32,141 nucleotides of DNA, from positions 1 through 32,141 of the IMG/VR virus record IMGVR_UViG_3300022183_000031; one strand, written 5' to 3'. Shown here in pieces: positions 1-9,955 of the stretch. The position numbers and the translations under genes were made by a program. How positions within the stretch are numbered: the first letter of the stretch is position 1; each line of letters opens with the position of its first letter. This DNA is from a virus (lineage: Duplodnaviria; Caudoviricetes). The notes beneath the pieces are model-generated. The model was not told the origin of the DNA. It made no database searches and saw nothing but the letters and a program-made list of their open reading frames with translations.

Positions 1-108
1 TACGGAAACGGTATAATAGGACTTACAAATGAAAATATTAAAAAACTTACTATTGAAATCAAAAAAGGATACATTAAAGAAATCAAAAAAACGTTATTTA
101 GAGATTGA
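1..108 (+). CDS. 3' end of the gene starting at 31821 (neck/tail-completion-like virion morphogenesis protein), wrapping around the window ends
   Basis: Frame 1 reads YGNGIIGLTNENIKKLTIEIKKGYIKEIKKTLFRD* with no start codon. It is in frame with the open ORF 31821..32141 (321 nt = 107 codons). Confidence 0.75.
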   Translation, partial: YGNGIIGLTNENIKKLTIEIKKGYIKEIKKTLFRD

Positions 109-520
109 CGAATTACCGTTGTACAATTTCAATAAAATGATGTCAGATCCTAGGTTTGTAAATAGAGATGAGGTTTATAGAAAAGGCGATGAGTTACACG
201 CTATTAAATTGTATAATGATTACTTAGATAGATACGGTTTAGGTGATGATTATGAAAAATATATGTCTTATCAGGAAAAATATATAAAAATAAGTGGTAT
301 TTTTGTTATCAATGAAGATGAGGCTGTATTAAATGATTTGCATTTTATAGAAGCTGAGTTAAAACGCTTAAACCCTAATAATTTTGAGGGAATGAGTGTA
401 GAAAGTTGTTTGACACACTTAAGTAAGTGGATTGGTTATAATTTAAACTCCCGGGATATTACAATAGTAAGATTTCGAGAAATGCTAAAGGAATATGGCA
501 GAACAAATAAAAAAGAGTGA
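29..520 (+). CDS. Hypothetical protein, probable tail assembly chaperone (start uncertain)
   Basis: 163 aa ORF immediately upstream of, and overlapping, the tape measure gene. Function is inferred from position only. Confidence 0.5.
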   Translation: MKILKNLLLKSKKDTLKKSKKRYLEIDELPLYNFNKMMSDPRFVNRDEVYRKGDELHAIKLYNDYLDRYGLGDDYEKYMSYQEKYIKISGIFVINEDEAVLNDLHFIEAELKRLNPNNFEGMSVESCLTHLSKWIGYNLNSRDITIVRFREMLKEYGRTNKKE

Positions 521-3500
521 TATTATCAATGACGACGTATTACCGTCATTAAAGAAAGGTTTACAAGAAAATCTATCTGTTTTGGAAAAAATGGACGTAC
601 AATTAAAGTCCGTCGCCAAATCATTCACTACATTAACCAACGCCGAGAAAAAAAGACTTGAGGGTATAACTAAATTAAACCAACAACAACTACAAGCTGA
701 AAGGTTAGTAAAAGAGAAAATCAAAAACGATACCGAACGCGTAAAGCAACAACAACATTTAGTTAGATTAGAGGCCCTAGAGCAAAAACAAAAAGTTGCT
801 ATTCGTAAAGAAAACGAAAGACTTTTAAAAGTAAAGCAAAGGCTAGAAAAGAATTTAACTGATGAGAGCAACGCATATAAAAGGCTAGTAAAACAAACAA
901 GGGATTATAAGAATGAAAGTAAGCGTTTAGGTGCTGAATTATTAAGTTTAGAAAGTTCTGGCAAACGTAATACAAAAGCATATAGAGAACTATCTAGGGC
1001 CTATAAACAAGTAACATCAAGCGCAAAAGCAGGAGATAAACAGCTTAAAAAGTTAGATCGAACGGTAGGTGACAACTTTAGAAATGTTGGTAACTATAAA
1101 AAGGCTATTGGCGGGTTACGTTCGGCATTAGGTTCTTTAGGGTTGGCTTTTGGACTTAGAGAGGTAGTTAGAAACGTCTCGAGTACTATTGTAGATTTCG
1201 ACCAAGCGGTTACAGATTTATCTGCAATAAGTGGTAAAAGCAAAGAGGAGTTGAGCGGGTTAACCGACCAAGCAAAACAACTAGGTGCTACTACTCAATT
1301 TACTGCTAGTGAGATAACCGGACTGCAAATTGAATTAGCAAAATTAGGTTTTACAACTAAAGAAATACAAGATAGCACTGGCGGGATAGCAAATTTCGCT
1401 TCTGCGACTGGTGTTGAAATTCCGAGAGCATCAAAATTAGCCGGGAGTGCATTGCGTGCATTTAATTTAGAGGCAAAGGATATCGATAGAGTTGTTTCTA
1501 CTTTAGGTGTTGCAACTACTAAAACTGCATTAGATTTTAGTCAATTAGAAACTGGACTAAGTACGGTTGCACCCGTTGCTAGTGCCTTTGGGTTTAGTAT
1601 AGAGGACACAACAGCTTTACTAGGTCAATTATCTAACGCTGGTTTTGATGCCTCTAGTAGTGCTACGGCTACCCGTAACATATTGTTAAATTTAGCAGAT
1701 GTAAACGGTGATTTAGCTAAGAAATTAGGTAGACCGGTAAAAAGCGCAAAAGATTTGTCTATCGCATTACAAGAGTTAGATGATAAGGGTATCGATTTGG
1801 CAGAATCTTTAGAGTTAACTGATAAGCGTTCGGTAGCGGCTTTTAGCACTTTTTTAAAAGGTGCTGAAACATTACCCCAATTAACAGATAGTATAACAAA
1901 TGTTAACGATGAGTTAACGGAAATGGCAGATAAGCGTTTAGATAGCGTTGAGGGCCAATTAAAGTTGTTAAATTCAGCATGGGAGGGATTTATTTTACAA
2001 CAATCCGAAGCTGGCGGGGCGGTCGATAAGTTAAAATCTGCAATAGGCTTTTTAGCTAATAACCTAGGTACTATTTTAGGTGTTTTAGGTAGATTAATAA
2101 AAGTATTCATATCTTATAGAGCAGTGTTGTTTTCTTTAAAAATTAAAGACCATTTAAAAAACACTAAACTATTTAATAAGGCTTTAAGAAATACCGGTGA
2201 ATCAGTAGGCAAAGCAAGTGCAGGAACAAAGAAGTTAGGTAGTGCGTTAAAATCCATAGGGTGGGCAGTATTGATATCCTATGCTTATGATTATGCAAAC
2301 GCTTTGTGGGACGCCGTGAATGGTAACCTAGCGCTGGTTAGGTCGGAGAAGCTAAAGGCAAATGAACTTAAAAAGGCAAATGATAATTTCAATAAATTTT
2401 CTAAAGATATAGATAAGTCTACACAAAAGAAAATAGATGACCTAGAGAAGCAAATCAATATAGAAATAGCAAAAGGCGGGGATACTGAGGCGTTGCAGTT
2501 AAAACTTCAACGAGAGAAAATAAAAATACTCAAAGAGGAGAAACAAATAACGGTAGACAAATTTGCTGTTGTTCAAGAGGAGGCTGAAAAACAATACGAA
2601 GCGTTGAAATTAGCTGAAAGAATAAAGAAGCAAAGCGAGTCAACGGGACAAAGTTTTGTTGAAGCTATGCAAGATTTTAGAGATGCTACTTTTGACTTGA
2701 ATCCGTTCGGGGAGATGACTAACTACACTAAAATAGTAGATGAGCTTCAGGCAAAATACGATGGTGTTAGATCGGAGATGGTGTCATATTTAGAGCTTTC
2801 AAAACAAATAGAGGAAGCAATACAAGATGTAGTTTATGAGGAAACAATACAAAATATAACAATAGATAGAAATGCCGAGGCAACAAAGAAGCAAACAAAA
2901 GCCAACGAAGATAAAAACGATACATTAGAGGAAACTAATAAACACTTAGAGGAAAATTTAAGAATAAGAGGATTAATTCAAGATATAGAATCAAAAGAAA
3001 TTGAAAATATATTAAAAAAGAAAAATGAGGATGTAAATAATATCGTAGACGCAGAAGTTAGAAGATTATTAAATGAAGGTGGGGAAATTAATTACGAAGG
3101 TATAGACGAACGCTTAAAAGAGATAAAAAAAATACGAGAACAAGCAGAACAAGATGAGTTTGAAAGACTTGTTAATGAAGCAAAAGAAACAATTAAAAAT
3201 AAACAAGAATTAGATTTAAAAATAGAGCTTTTAGAATTAGAGCATCAGAACAAGATGGCTGAAATAGCCGAAGATTATGTTAGTCGTAAAGAAGAAATTT
3301 CAGACAGATTAAATTCATCTTTTCCAGAATTAGTTAAAACTACAAATGACAAAATAATCAAAAATGAAAATGACTTATACAGCCAATTAAACAAATTACA
3401 GCAACAAATTACAGATGGTTTAAAACAAAACATTGATAAGCGTATTGAACTAAGAAAGAGAGAATTTGATGAGGCGAAAAACTTACAAGATTTTTATCAA

Positions 3501-4148
3501 GAGTTAGCTAATAATGGGAACATAAACGCACAGCAGTCAATTACCAAGCAAATAGAACTACAAAGAGAAGCATTAAAAGAACAAGAGAGGTTAGAACGTC
3601 AAAAGGCTAAATTAGAGTTAATATCTAGTGGTTTAAATACATTCTCCACTGAATTAGAGAAGGGAAAATCACCTCAAGAGGCCTTTGCGACAACCGTGTT
3701 AACAAGCCAAGCGTTGGTGCAATTTTTAGGTAATTTAAACGCGTTTGAGAAGGGAACGGATAACGCTCCAAAGGGGTTGGCGTGGACGCAGGAAAAGGGA
3801 GCAGAAGTTATTACTGATAAACACGGAAATATTAAAAGTTTAGGTAGTAGTAAAGGTGCGAGTTTAACTATGTTGGACGCTGGTGATAAAGTGTATAACG
3901 CGCAAAAATCTAAATCTATTATTGAGAATTTAAGAAGTTCAAAAGATGGGGAATTAATTAGAAGGGTTAAAGAATCTGGCGGTAACTCCTATGATTTAAT
4001 GCGTTTAGAAAGTTTAATGAAAGAACAAACTCAGGCGCTTAAAAACAAAAAAGAGATAGAGATACATTGGGATAGCGTACAACGTGGATTAGTTGAGCGT
4101 GTAAAGAGAGGCAAAGATATAACAACAACTATTTATAAGACTAGATGA
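495..4148 (+). CDS. Tail tape measure protein
   Basis: 1217 aa, largely coiled-coil. Has a PhageMin_Tail/TP901-type core (FDQAVTDLSAISG...AKQLGATTQFTASE...LAKLGF; APVASAFGFSIEDTTALLGQLSNAG), hydrophobic central helices and a C-terminal FEKGT...EKGAE motif. Confidence 0.95.
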   Translation: MAEQIKKSDIINDDVLPSLKKGLQENLSVLEKMDVQLKSVAKSFTTLTNAEKKRLEGITKLNQQQLQAERLVKEKIKNDTERVKQQQHLVRLEALEQKQKVAIRKENERLLKVKQRLEKNLTDESNAYKRLVKQTRDYKNESKRLGAELLSLESSGKRNTKAYRELSRAYKQVTSSAKAGDKQLKKLDRTVGDNFRNVGNYKKAIGGLRSALGSLGLAFGLREVVRNVSSTIVDFDQAVTDLSAISGKSKEELSGLTDQAKQLGATTQFTASEITGLQIELAKLGFTTKEIQDSTGGIANFASATGVEIPRASKLAGSALRAFNLEAKDIDRVVSTLGVATTKTALDFSQLETGLSTVAPVASAFGFSIEDTTALLGQLSNAGFDASSSATATRNILLNLADVNGDLAKKLGRPVKSAKDLSIALQELDDKGIDLAESLELTDKRSVAAFSTFLKGAETLPQLTDSITNVNDELTEMADKRLDSVEGQLKLLNSAWEGFILQQSEAGGAVDKLKSAIGFLANNLGTILGVLGRLIKVFISYRAVLFSLKIKDHLKNTKLFNKALRNTGESVGKASAGTKKLGSALKSIGWAVLISYAYDYANALWDAVNGNLALVRSEKLKANELKKANDNFNKFSKDIDKSTQKKIDDLEKQINIEIAKGGDTEALQLKLQREKIKILKEEKQITVDKFAVVQEEAEKQYEALKLAERIKKQSESTGQSFVEAMQDFRDATFDLNPFGEMTNYTKIVDELQAKYDGVRSEMVSYLELSKQIEEAIQDVVYEETIQNITIDRNAEATKKQTKANEDKNDTLEETNKHLEENLRIRGLIQDIESKEIENILKKKNEDVNNIVDAEVRRLLNEGGEINYEGIDERLKEIKKIREQAEQDEFERLVNEAKETIKNKQELDLKIELLELEHQNKMAEIAEDYVSRKEEISDRLNSSFPELVKTTNDKIIKNENDLYSQLNKLQQQITDGLKQNIDKRIELRKREFDEAKNLQDFYQELANNGNINAQQSITKQIELQREALKEQERLERQKAKLELISSGLNTFSTELEKGKSPQEAFATTVLTSQALVQFLGNLNAFEKGTDNAPKGLAWTQEKGAEVITDKHGNIKSLGSSKGASLTMLDAGDKVYNAQKSKSIIENLRSSKDGELIRRVKESGGNSYDLMRLESLMKEQTQALKNKKEIEIHWDSVQRGLVERVKRGKDITTTIYKTR

Positions 4149-5848
4149 GCCAAATTAAGTACATATTAGACGGTGTAGAGTGCAACCCTTTAAATCGTCA
4201 AGATATAACATATAATTTTGATTTTAGGCCTAGGCAAATAACAGAATTAGAAATATCCATTACTAACCTAGAGTTTGTTCGTGAGGATAGAGAGCGCATA
4301 TTAAATTGGATCAGTCAAAACGGTGAGTTTTTAGGGATGCCCCTAGTTGTACAATATGAATTTGATAATGTTGAATATATGTTAGACTTCCAAGCTGACG
4401 GATATTTAAAAAAGGAAAATTCAATTATTTGCCCTATAAAAAGAGTTTACAGTAATGATAATTTATTTGAGAACTTAAACGCGCTTGGCTTTGATGTTTT
4501 AAATTGGAACGCAAGCGACTTTAGAGAGGTATATTATGAGGTAGTAGAACAAGATCAATTTGCTAAGTTTTTAAGTACATCAATAGCTTTTTATATATTG
4601 TCTAAAGAGCTTGGTGAGAGCATTATACGAATACAAGATGGAGTTACTGATTTAATAAAAGCATCAGTACCGGTTGGCGCGCCTATTCCTGGGCCGGATT
4701 GGGGTGCGATAATAGTTGCAGGTATAAAATTAGCCGGGCGAATAGCGTACACAATAGCCATATTTATAGCTTTGATTAAACTAGGTCAACAGATTATAGA
4801 GATTATTTTTCCTATTATTAGAAAGTTTAAATGTGCGAGTGTTAGAAGATTAATTGAAAAGGGGTGCGAATATCATGGATTTACTTTAAAGAGTAATTTA
4901 CTAGATAGTTTAGGTGACTTGGTTCTTATTCCCGTTCCTTTACGACCTAATAATGTGCCTTATTGGAAGGAGTTATTTTTTCCGAATTCATTGGCTTTTA
5001 ATAACGGGCATCCTAGTTTAAGAGATAGTATTAATTCAGTCGGTCAACTAGTTACTGTTATAGAGAACACGTTTAATGCAAAGAGTAGAGTAGTTGGAAA
5101 TGAATTGATAATTGAGCGAAAGACATTTTTTAATCAAAATGCAGTTCAAAATATTGTATTATCTAAAGTTTTCCAAGATGAGGTACAAAATGGGAATGGC
5201 TTAAATTCAAATGAAAAGTTCAAAAGAATTTACTGTAAATATGCAATAGATAGCTCCGACTTTAACACATTAGATGATACTAGTAAGGGACTTTCTGAGT
5301 ATTCAAGTGAGGTAATTAATTCAATAGGTGTGAACTACGAATTAATAAAAGGTTTAGATGCCATTGAAATACCATTTGCTACTGCTTCTTTAAAGGGTGA
5401 GTTAACTTTTATTCAAAAGCAAGCTAAAAAATTAGCGGGTTTAGTAGATAGTTTAACCGGTTCTAATTTAAAAGCTAAAATAGAAAGTTTAAAAAATGTA
5501 ATGGTCATAAGTCAACAATATTTCTCCGTAACTAAAATGGCCTATTTGCAAGGCAATAAATTAAACCCAAACCAAAACGCTTTTATTGGTGCAGATGTTA
5601 TAATTAATAACTATCATACAGATAGATTTATTGAGAATAATAACAAAAAGATTTATACGGGAGTTGAGGTGGCCCAAACCCAACAAGAAATGTATCAACT
5701 ATTAAATAATAATTTTGTACTTTTGGAAAGCGGTAAAGTTGCTGAGGTATTACTTTTAGAGTGGAGTGAGGAGACACATATTAGTACGATTGATTTTGCA
5801 GTTTTAGACATTAGTGTTAACGTTCAAACAATTCAAATAAATGGATGA
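4145..5848 (+). CDS. Tail tip/hub structural protein (putative)
   Basis: 567 aa directly after the tape measure gene with a 4-nt overlap. Contains an internal hydrophobic segment. Inferred from position. Confidence 0.6.
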   Translation: MSQIKYILDGVECNPLNRQDITYNFDFRPRQITELEISITNLEFVREDRERILNWISQNGEFLGMPLVVQYEFDNVEYMLDFQADGYLKKENSIICPIKRVYSNDNLFENLNALGFDVLNWNASDFREVYYEVVEQDQFAKFLSTSIAFYILSKELGESIIRIQDGVTDLIKASVPVGAPIPGPDWGAIIVAGIKLAGRIAYTIAIFIALIKLGQQIIEIIFPIIRKFKCASVRRLIEKGCEYHGFTLKSNLLDSLGDLVLIPVPLRPNNVPYWKELFFPNSLAFNNGHPSLRDSINSVGQLVTVIENTFNAKSRVVGNELIIERKTFFNQNAVQNIVLSKVFQDEVQNGNGLNSNEKFKRIYCKYAIDSSDFNTLDDTSKGLSEYSSEVINSIGVNYELIKGLDAIEIPFATASLKGELTFIQKQAKKLAGLVDSLTGSNLKAKIESLKNVMVISQQYFSVTKMAYLQGNKLNPNQNAFIGADVIINNYHTDRFIENNNKKIYTGVEVAQTQQEMYQLLNNNFVLLESGKVAEVLLLEWSEETHISTIDFAVLDISVNVQTIQING

Positions 5849-6056
5849 TATATTTGATAATTTAAAAGAGTCTTTTAAGGATTTAAACAAGCTAAAAGGT
5901 AGTTTGTTATCTAACTCTGTGAACGCGTTAAACGAACTTGAAAAGATAAAATCTAGATCGGATATTCCAGAGGATATAAAAAAAGATTTTGAAAGTAGTT
6001 TGATAGAAACTCAAAAGAAAATAAACGAATTTAAAAAATTGACTAATGCCAATTAA
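5841..6056 (+). CDS. Small coiled-coil hypothetical protein in the tail module
   Basis: 71 aa ORF overlapping both neighbouring genes. Confidence 0.65.
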   Translation: MDDIFDNLKESFKDLNKLKGSLLSNSVNALNELEKIKSRSDIPEDIKKDFESSLIETQKKINEFKKLTNAN

Positions 6057-8877
6057 TATAATATCGAGAAATTTTATCACGGGACGGCACAACACCCCGA
6101 CAAGTTTTTTATTGGCTAATCAATCCAATAAAGTAACGGAACAAATAGTTTTCACTGTTTCTTTTAACTATGCGAGTAATTCAAACGAGCTATGTAAAAT
6201 TGTATCTCAAAATTCTGTTCAAGTTTTAGGTTCGTCGTGGTCATCGAAGGGTTTAAATGTAGGTGATTCAATTACAATAAATTTTAGTTATATAGATTCT
6301 GCGGGTAGTCCCGTTGCTTTTAATCAAACTACTACTATCTCATCTATAAATGGTGATACTTTTATTTGTGATTACGATTTTGGAGCTTTTTTAGTAGGCT
6401 CTATTTTCCCTCAACAAGCGGGTAGCATAAACAATAGTATTTTATCTTTTGTAAATAATACGTCTACTAGTCCGGAAACAATAGAATTTTATCATAATTT
6501 AGTTGAAAATAATCAACAAGGTAATAGGTTTTCTTTGTTCGATGGGGAGGTTAACAGATTTGAGATAAAAGGAATTGATTTACTTTCTGTTAGTGATTCC
6601 GTAGACGTGGTTCAACTAGGTAATAAGTCGGGTGGTTCTTACAACTTAGGTACAAATAGATTATCTAGATTGCCAGATGTCGGAATAGAGAAACAATATA
6701 GATTAGATTTAATTTATGATAATTATTTAAAGTTTGATGACAGCGATTTATTAGAACCTCAATGGTATGAACAAAACAATAGTTTAAAGCCTTATTTAGA
6801 GTTCTTTGTATTACCGCAGGACAATAACCCTAATGCAAATTTACAGTTAGTTTTAGATAGTCAACTAGGAAACGTAGGGTGGGTTAATGAAAGTTACAAC
6901 CAAGGGGTTAATGATTTTACAGTTGCAGGTGTTACTTTTACCGATAATTCTGGATCACCTTTAAACACTGTTGACTATACTCAAAGTACAAATATATCGG
7001 TTCAATTAACGAGTGCAAATCCTTTTAATACAAAAATCGAGTTTCAGTTCTTTTTGATACCTAGCCAAGATAGTGTTAAAAATAATATTAACTCTATGGC
7101 TGACAATATCAGTCTAGTAAATGTTTTTTATAATGGTAGTACTGCTTCGATTATTTCAAAGGGATTGAATAACAGAAAAATATCAGTTACAAATGTTAGT
7201 ACCTTTTTAGTTGGAAACTCAATTAATATTGGATTTACTTTAAACCCTACGAGTGAATTTACAAACTACATAGAAAGTTTACCTACGAATGAGCGACTTT
7301 TTGCGATAGATGTTAACGTAGAAAACGCAGGTTTTAACGCAAATAATAATAATGCGGTTGCTTTACGCGTTGCAAGTGGTGAGCTTCAAAAAGCAGATAT
7401 TCCAAATCAACCGTATGATAAAATGACTTTCCAAGGTTTTTTTAATCATGCAAACGAAATCTCTGGGGTTAGCGAAGTTACTTATAACGGTTGCACGGAG
7501 GACGATATGTTATACCACGCAAAATTTAATTTAGAGGAGAATATAGCATGGGAGAGACTTAACTTATCTATTCAAGTTGTACGTAACAGTGATGGTATTT
7601 TCTTTGACTTGTTTAGTAAGTCAATCGGATTTGATGCATACCCAATGGTTAACGGCAAAATTCAGATAAATTTTTTAGAGGCGTTAAATCAATTTTTAGA
7701 AGCCCCAGAAAGAAATAAACTAGAATTAAAGTTAACGGGCAACCATAGTGGTAATTTATACGAGGTTGAGTTAACATGGTCTTTAATGGCTAATTGGAGG
7801 TATTGGATTGCAAATGTAAACGCGTTAAATGACTTTTATGATATTAGTCTACCTAATGACGGAAAGAACAAGGAGTGGATGCGTTATTTGCGTTTAAATG
7901 GTTATTCGTTAAAATTGAATTGTGAATTAGTACGTGATGGTGTTGGTTATTACTTTGGGTCTGGCATAAATTTAAAAGATTATGATGCAAGTTCGGATAT
8001 TGCAACAAATTTTGAGTACTACGATAGCAATGGAAACCAACAAATAGCTTTATTACCTAATGATTTGATGACGGTAAAAGCTATACATACTTTAAATAGC
8101 GGTGCATGGAATCAAAACGATTTGTGGGGTTGGTTAGCTACTAGACCTTTCGAGAGTGAGGAGCGTAAACAAATTAGTACTAAATGGGATTGGACATCTA
8201 ATAATTTGCCATTCAAACCACTAGCGGGAGAGACTAAAGCAAAATTAAGTTTCCCTAGTGCCAACGTGGCCCACGTAGAGGCGTTAATAGACACTAATTT
8301 AATTGGTACTAACTCCACGATAATTGCAAGAATAGAAACGCCCGCAAATCCTAGTTGTATAAGTCCTATCGATTGGCTATTTGATTACTTAGAGGCTAAC
8401 GCGCAAAGTAACAATGATTATTTCCCTTTGTTTGTTAATGCAATGAATGGCACGGATCTAAGTAGTACAAACGTATGTTGTCCGACTTGTACGGTTGAGG
8501 ATAAGGTAAGCGGGACACAATACGAGCTTTACGCAATAGGGCAAAAGTCTGATGTAGATGCGTTGGTTAGTGAATTATCCGGGGATCCTGCTGTTTGTTG
8601 TGTAGATGTTTATAATTTAACGAGTGGGTGTACAGTCAATTTTAAAAAAGACATTGATGATACCACCGCATTAACAGATATAAATTTAGCTAATATACAA
8701 GCGTATATACCTATGCAAATAAACACCTACTCAAACGCCAACGTTTTAAAGTTTAAAGAACGATTAGAAAGTTTAACATCTAGTCAAAATATTAGAGGCA
8801 AGATATGGGATGAGATTTTTGCAAATGGTTTTAGATTTATTTGCACAAATGGAACAAAATTTTTGAGTAGACTATGA
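6046..8877 (+). CDS. Large virion structural protein (tail tip/baseplate, beta-rich) with Cys-rich C-terminal region
   Basis: 943 aa, N/S/T-rich beta-type composition, located within the tail module. Confidence 0.6.
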   Translation: MPINIISRNFITGRHNTPTSFLLANQSNKVTEQIVFTVSFNYASNSNELCKIVSQNSVQVLGSSWSSKGLNVGDSITINFSYIDSAGSPVAFNQTTTISSINGDTFICDYDFGAFLVGSIFPQQAGSINNSILSFVNNTSTSPETIEFYHNLVENNQQGNRFSLFDGEVNRFEIKGIDLLSVSDSVDVVQLGNKSGGSYNLGTNRLSRLPDVGIEKQYRLDLIYDNYLKFDDSDLLEPQWYEQNNSLKPYLEFFVLPQDNNPNANLQLVLDSQLGNVGWVNESYNQGVNDFTVAGVTFTDNSGSPLNTVDYTQSTNISVQLTSANPFNTKIEFQFFLIPSQDSVKNNINSMADNISLVNVFYNGSTASIISKGLNNRKISVTNVSTFLVGNSINIGFTLNPTSEFTNYIESLPTNERLFAIDVNVENAGFNANNNNAVALRVASGELQKADIPNQPYDKMTFQGFFNHANEISGVSEVTYNGCTEDDMLYHAKFNLEENIAWERLNLSIQVVRNSDGIFFDLFSKSIGFDAYPMVNGKIQINFLEALNQFLEAPERNKLELKLTGNHSGNLYEVELTWSLMANWRYWIANVNALNDFYDISLPNDGKNKEWMRYLRLNGYSLKLNCELVRDGVGYYFGSGINLKDYDASSDIATNFEYYDSNGNQQIALLPNDLMTVKAIHTLNSGAWNQNDLWGWLATRPFESEERKQISTKWDWTSNNLPFKPLAGETKAKLSFPSANVAHVEALIDTNLIGTNSTIIARIETPANPSCISPIDWLFDYLEANAQSNNDYFPLFVNAMNGTDLSSTNVCCPTCTVEDKVSGTQYELYAIGQKSDVDALVSELSGDPAVCCVDVYNLTSGCTVNFKKDIDDTTALTDINLANIQAYIPMQINTYSNANVLKFKERLESLTSSQNIRGKIWDEIFANGFRFICTNGTKFLSRL

Positions 8878-9953
8878 GAAACGTAAGTAAAAAAGAGGTT
8901 AAGCTAATAAAATTACCGCCCGAAACAATTCAAGAGGATAGAGGGGAGCAACGCTGTAAAGTTCCGTTCTTAGTTGTAGGTAGTTTAAATGATGCGGTGA
9001 GTTGGAAAAATGACAGATTGGGTATTTCTTTAAAATGTGATAGCTTAACGGTTGAACTAGAAAAGACTAACGGGCAATTAATAACAGCTTTAGGTAGTAC
9101 TGTTAATTTTCCATTTGATCAAGGCACAAAGGGGTTTATTATAGATTGGCGACAACATCTAAATAGTGGTGTAGGTTGTTATAAAGTAAAAGTAAATTAT
9201 GATATTAGCGGTGTTGTAGGTAGTTATTATTATGGAGCTTATAACTTGCAAAATTATAGTGCAAATATAGTTGCAAATACGACGCGTTTATACGTTGTTT
9301 TAAATGACTTTGTAGAGAGTACGGGTATTAATTACAGAAATAGCGGTTTTGGTACTACAATACGTTTTAAGGGCAAGTTTGGATATATGCAACCGAACTA
9401 TGACAGTAAGAACATTATATTAAACGATAGAGAGGTTAAAAAAGTACGTAATCTAAGTAAAAGAACTTATGAGCTAAGAACTGACTTTATTAATAGTTGC
9501 TTTACAGAAAAGATTGATTTGGAACACTTATTAGTTGCTAATCAAATTTACATAACCGATCATAACGCGACTAATCATGTACAGAAATATTTTGACAAAC
9601 CGGTTATTTTAGATGATGAGCAAAGTCCTACGTTTGAATATAACGAAGGAGTATTAGCTAAGGTAGTGGCGTTTTTTAAGGATAAGGAGCAAAATATAGA
9701 AAGCAAGTACAGCGGTGATATTAAAAATACTACTAATGTTATTGATATTTTACCGGTTGGTGTATCTTGTGCTGATTCATATTATATAATTCAAAATTCA
9801 GAGAACACTTTAATAAATAGCGGTTCTATAAATAGCGGTGGCACTAAATATGTAAATCTTCCAGATGAGGTTTATAAAATTTACGTTGGTGGAGTTTTAA
9901 AGCAAACAATATCAATTCCGATTTACAAAAATGAAACAATAAATATAAATTAA
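8874..9953 (+). CDS. Tail structural protein (putative)
   Basis: 359 aa with ATGA overlap to the upstream gene, directly before the tail fibre gene. Confidence 0.55.
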   Translation: MRNVSKKEVKLIKLPPETIQEDRGEQRCKVPFLVVGSLNDAVSWKNDRLGISLKCDSLTVELEKTNGQLITALGSTVNFPFDQGTKGFIIDWRQHLNSGVGCYKVKVNYDISGVVGSYYYGAYNLQNYSANIVANTTRLYVVLNDFVESTGINYRNSGFGTTIRFKGKFGYMQPNYDSKNIILNDREVKKVRNLSKRTYELRTDFINSCFTEKIDLEHLLVANQIYITDHNATNHVQKYFDKPVILDDEQSPTFEYNEGVLAKVVAFFKDKEQNIESKYSGDIKNTTNVIDILPVGVSCADSYYIIQNSENTLINSGSINSGGTKYVNLPDEVYKIYVGGVLKQTISIPIYKNETININ

Positions 9954-9955
9954 TA

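Noticed and set aside
29-108. Programmed -1 frameshift (lambda G/GT type) between the wrap-around gene and ORF 29..520 at A-runs
   Set aside because: The downstream ORF is in the +1 frame, not -1, and has its own ATG. A-runs are ubiquitous in this genome.
485-2110. Minus-strand ORFs 485..871, 799..981 and 1625..2110, and similar ones elsewhere (8112, 10779, 11190, 11805, 12158, 14360, 15968, 18221, 19806, 22044, 22580, 24768, 26996, 29128, 29729, 31216)
   Set aside because: They are antisense shadows of well-supported plus-strand genes, with no recognisable motifs or dedicated expression signals.
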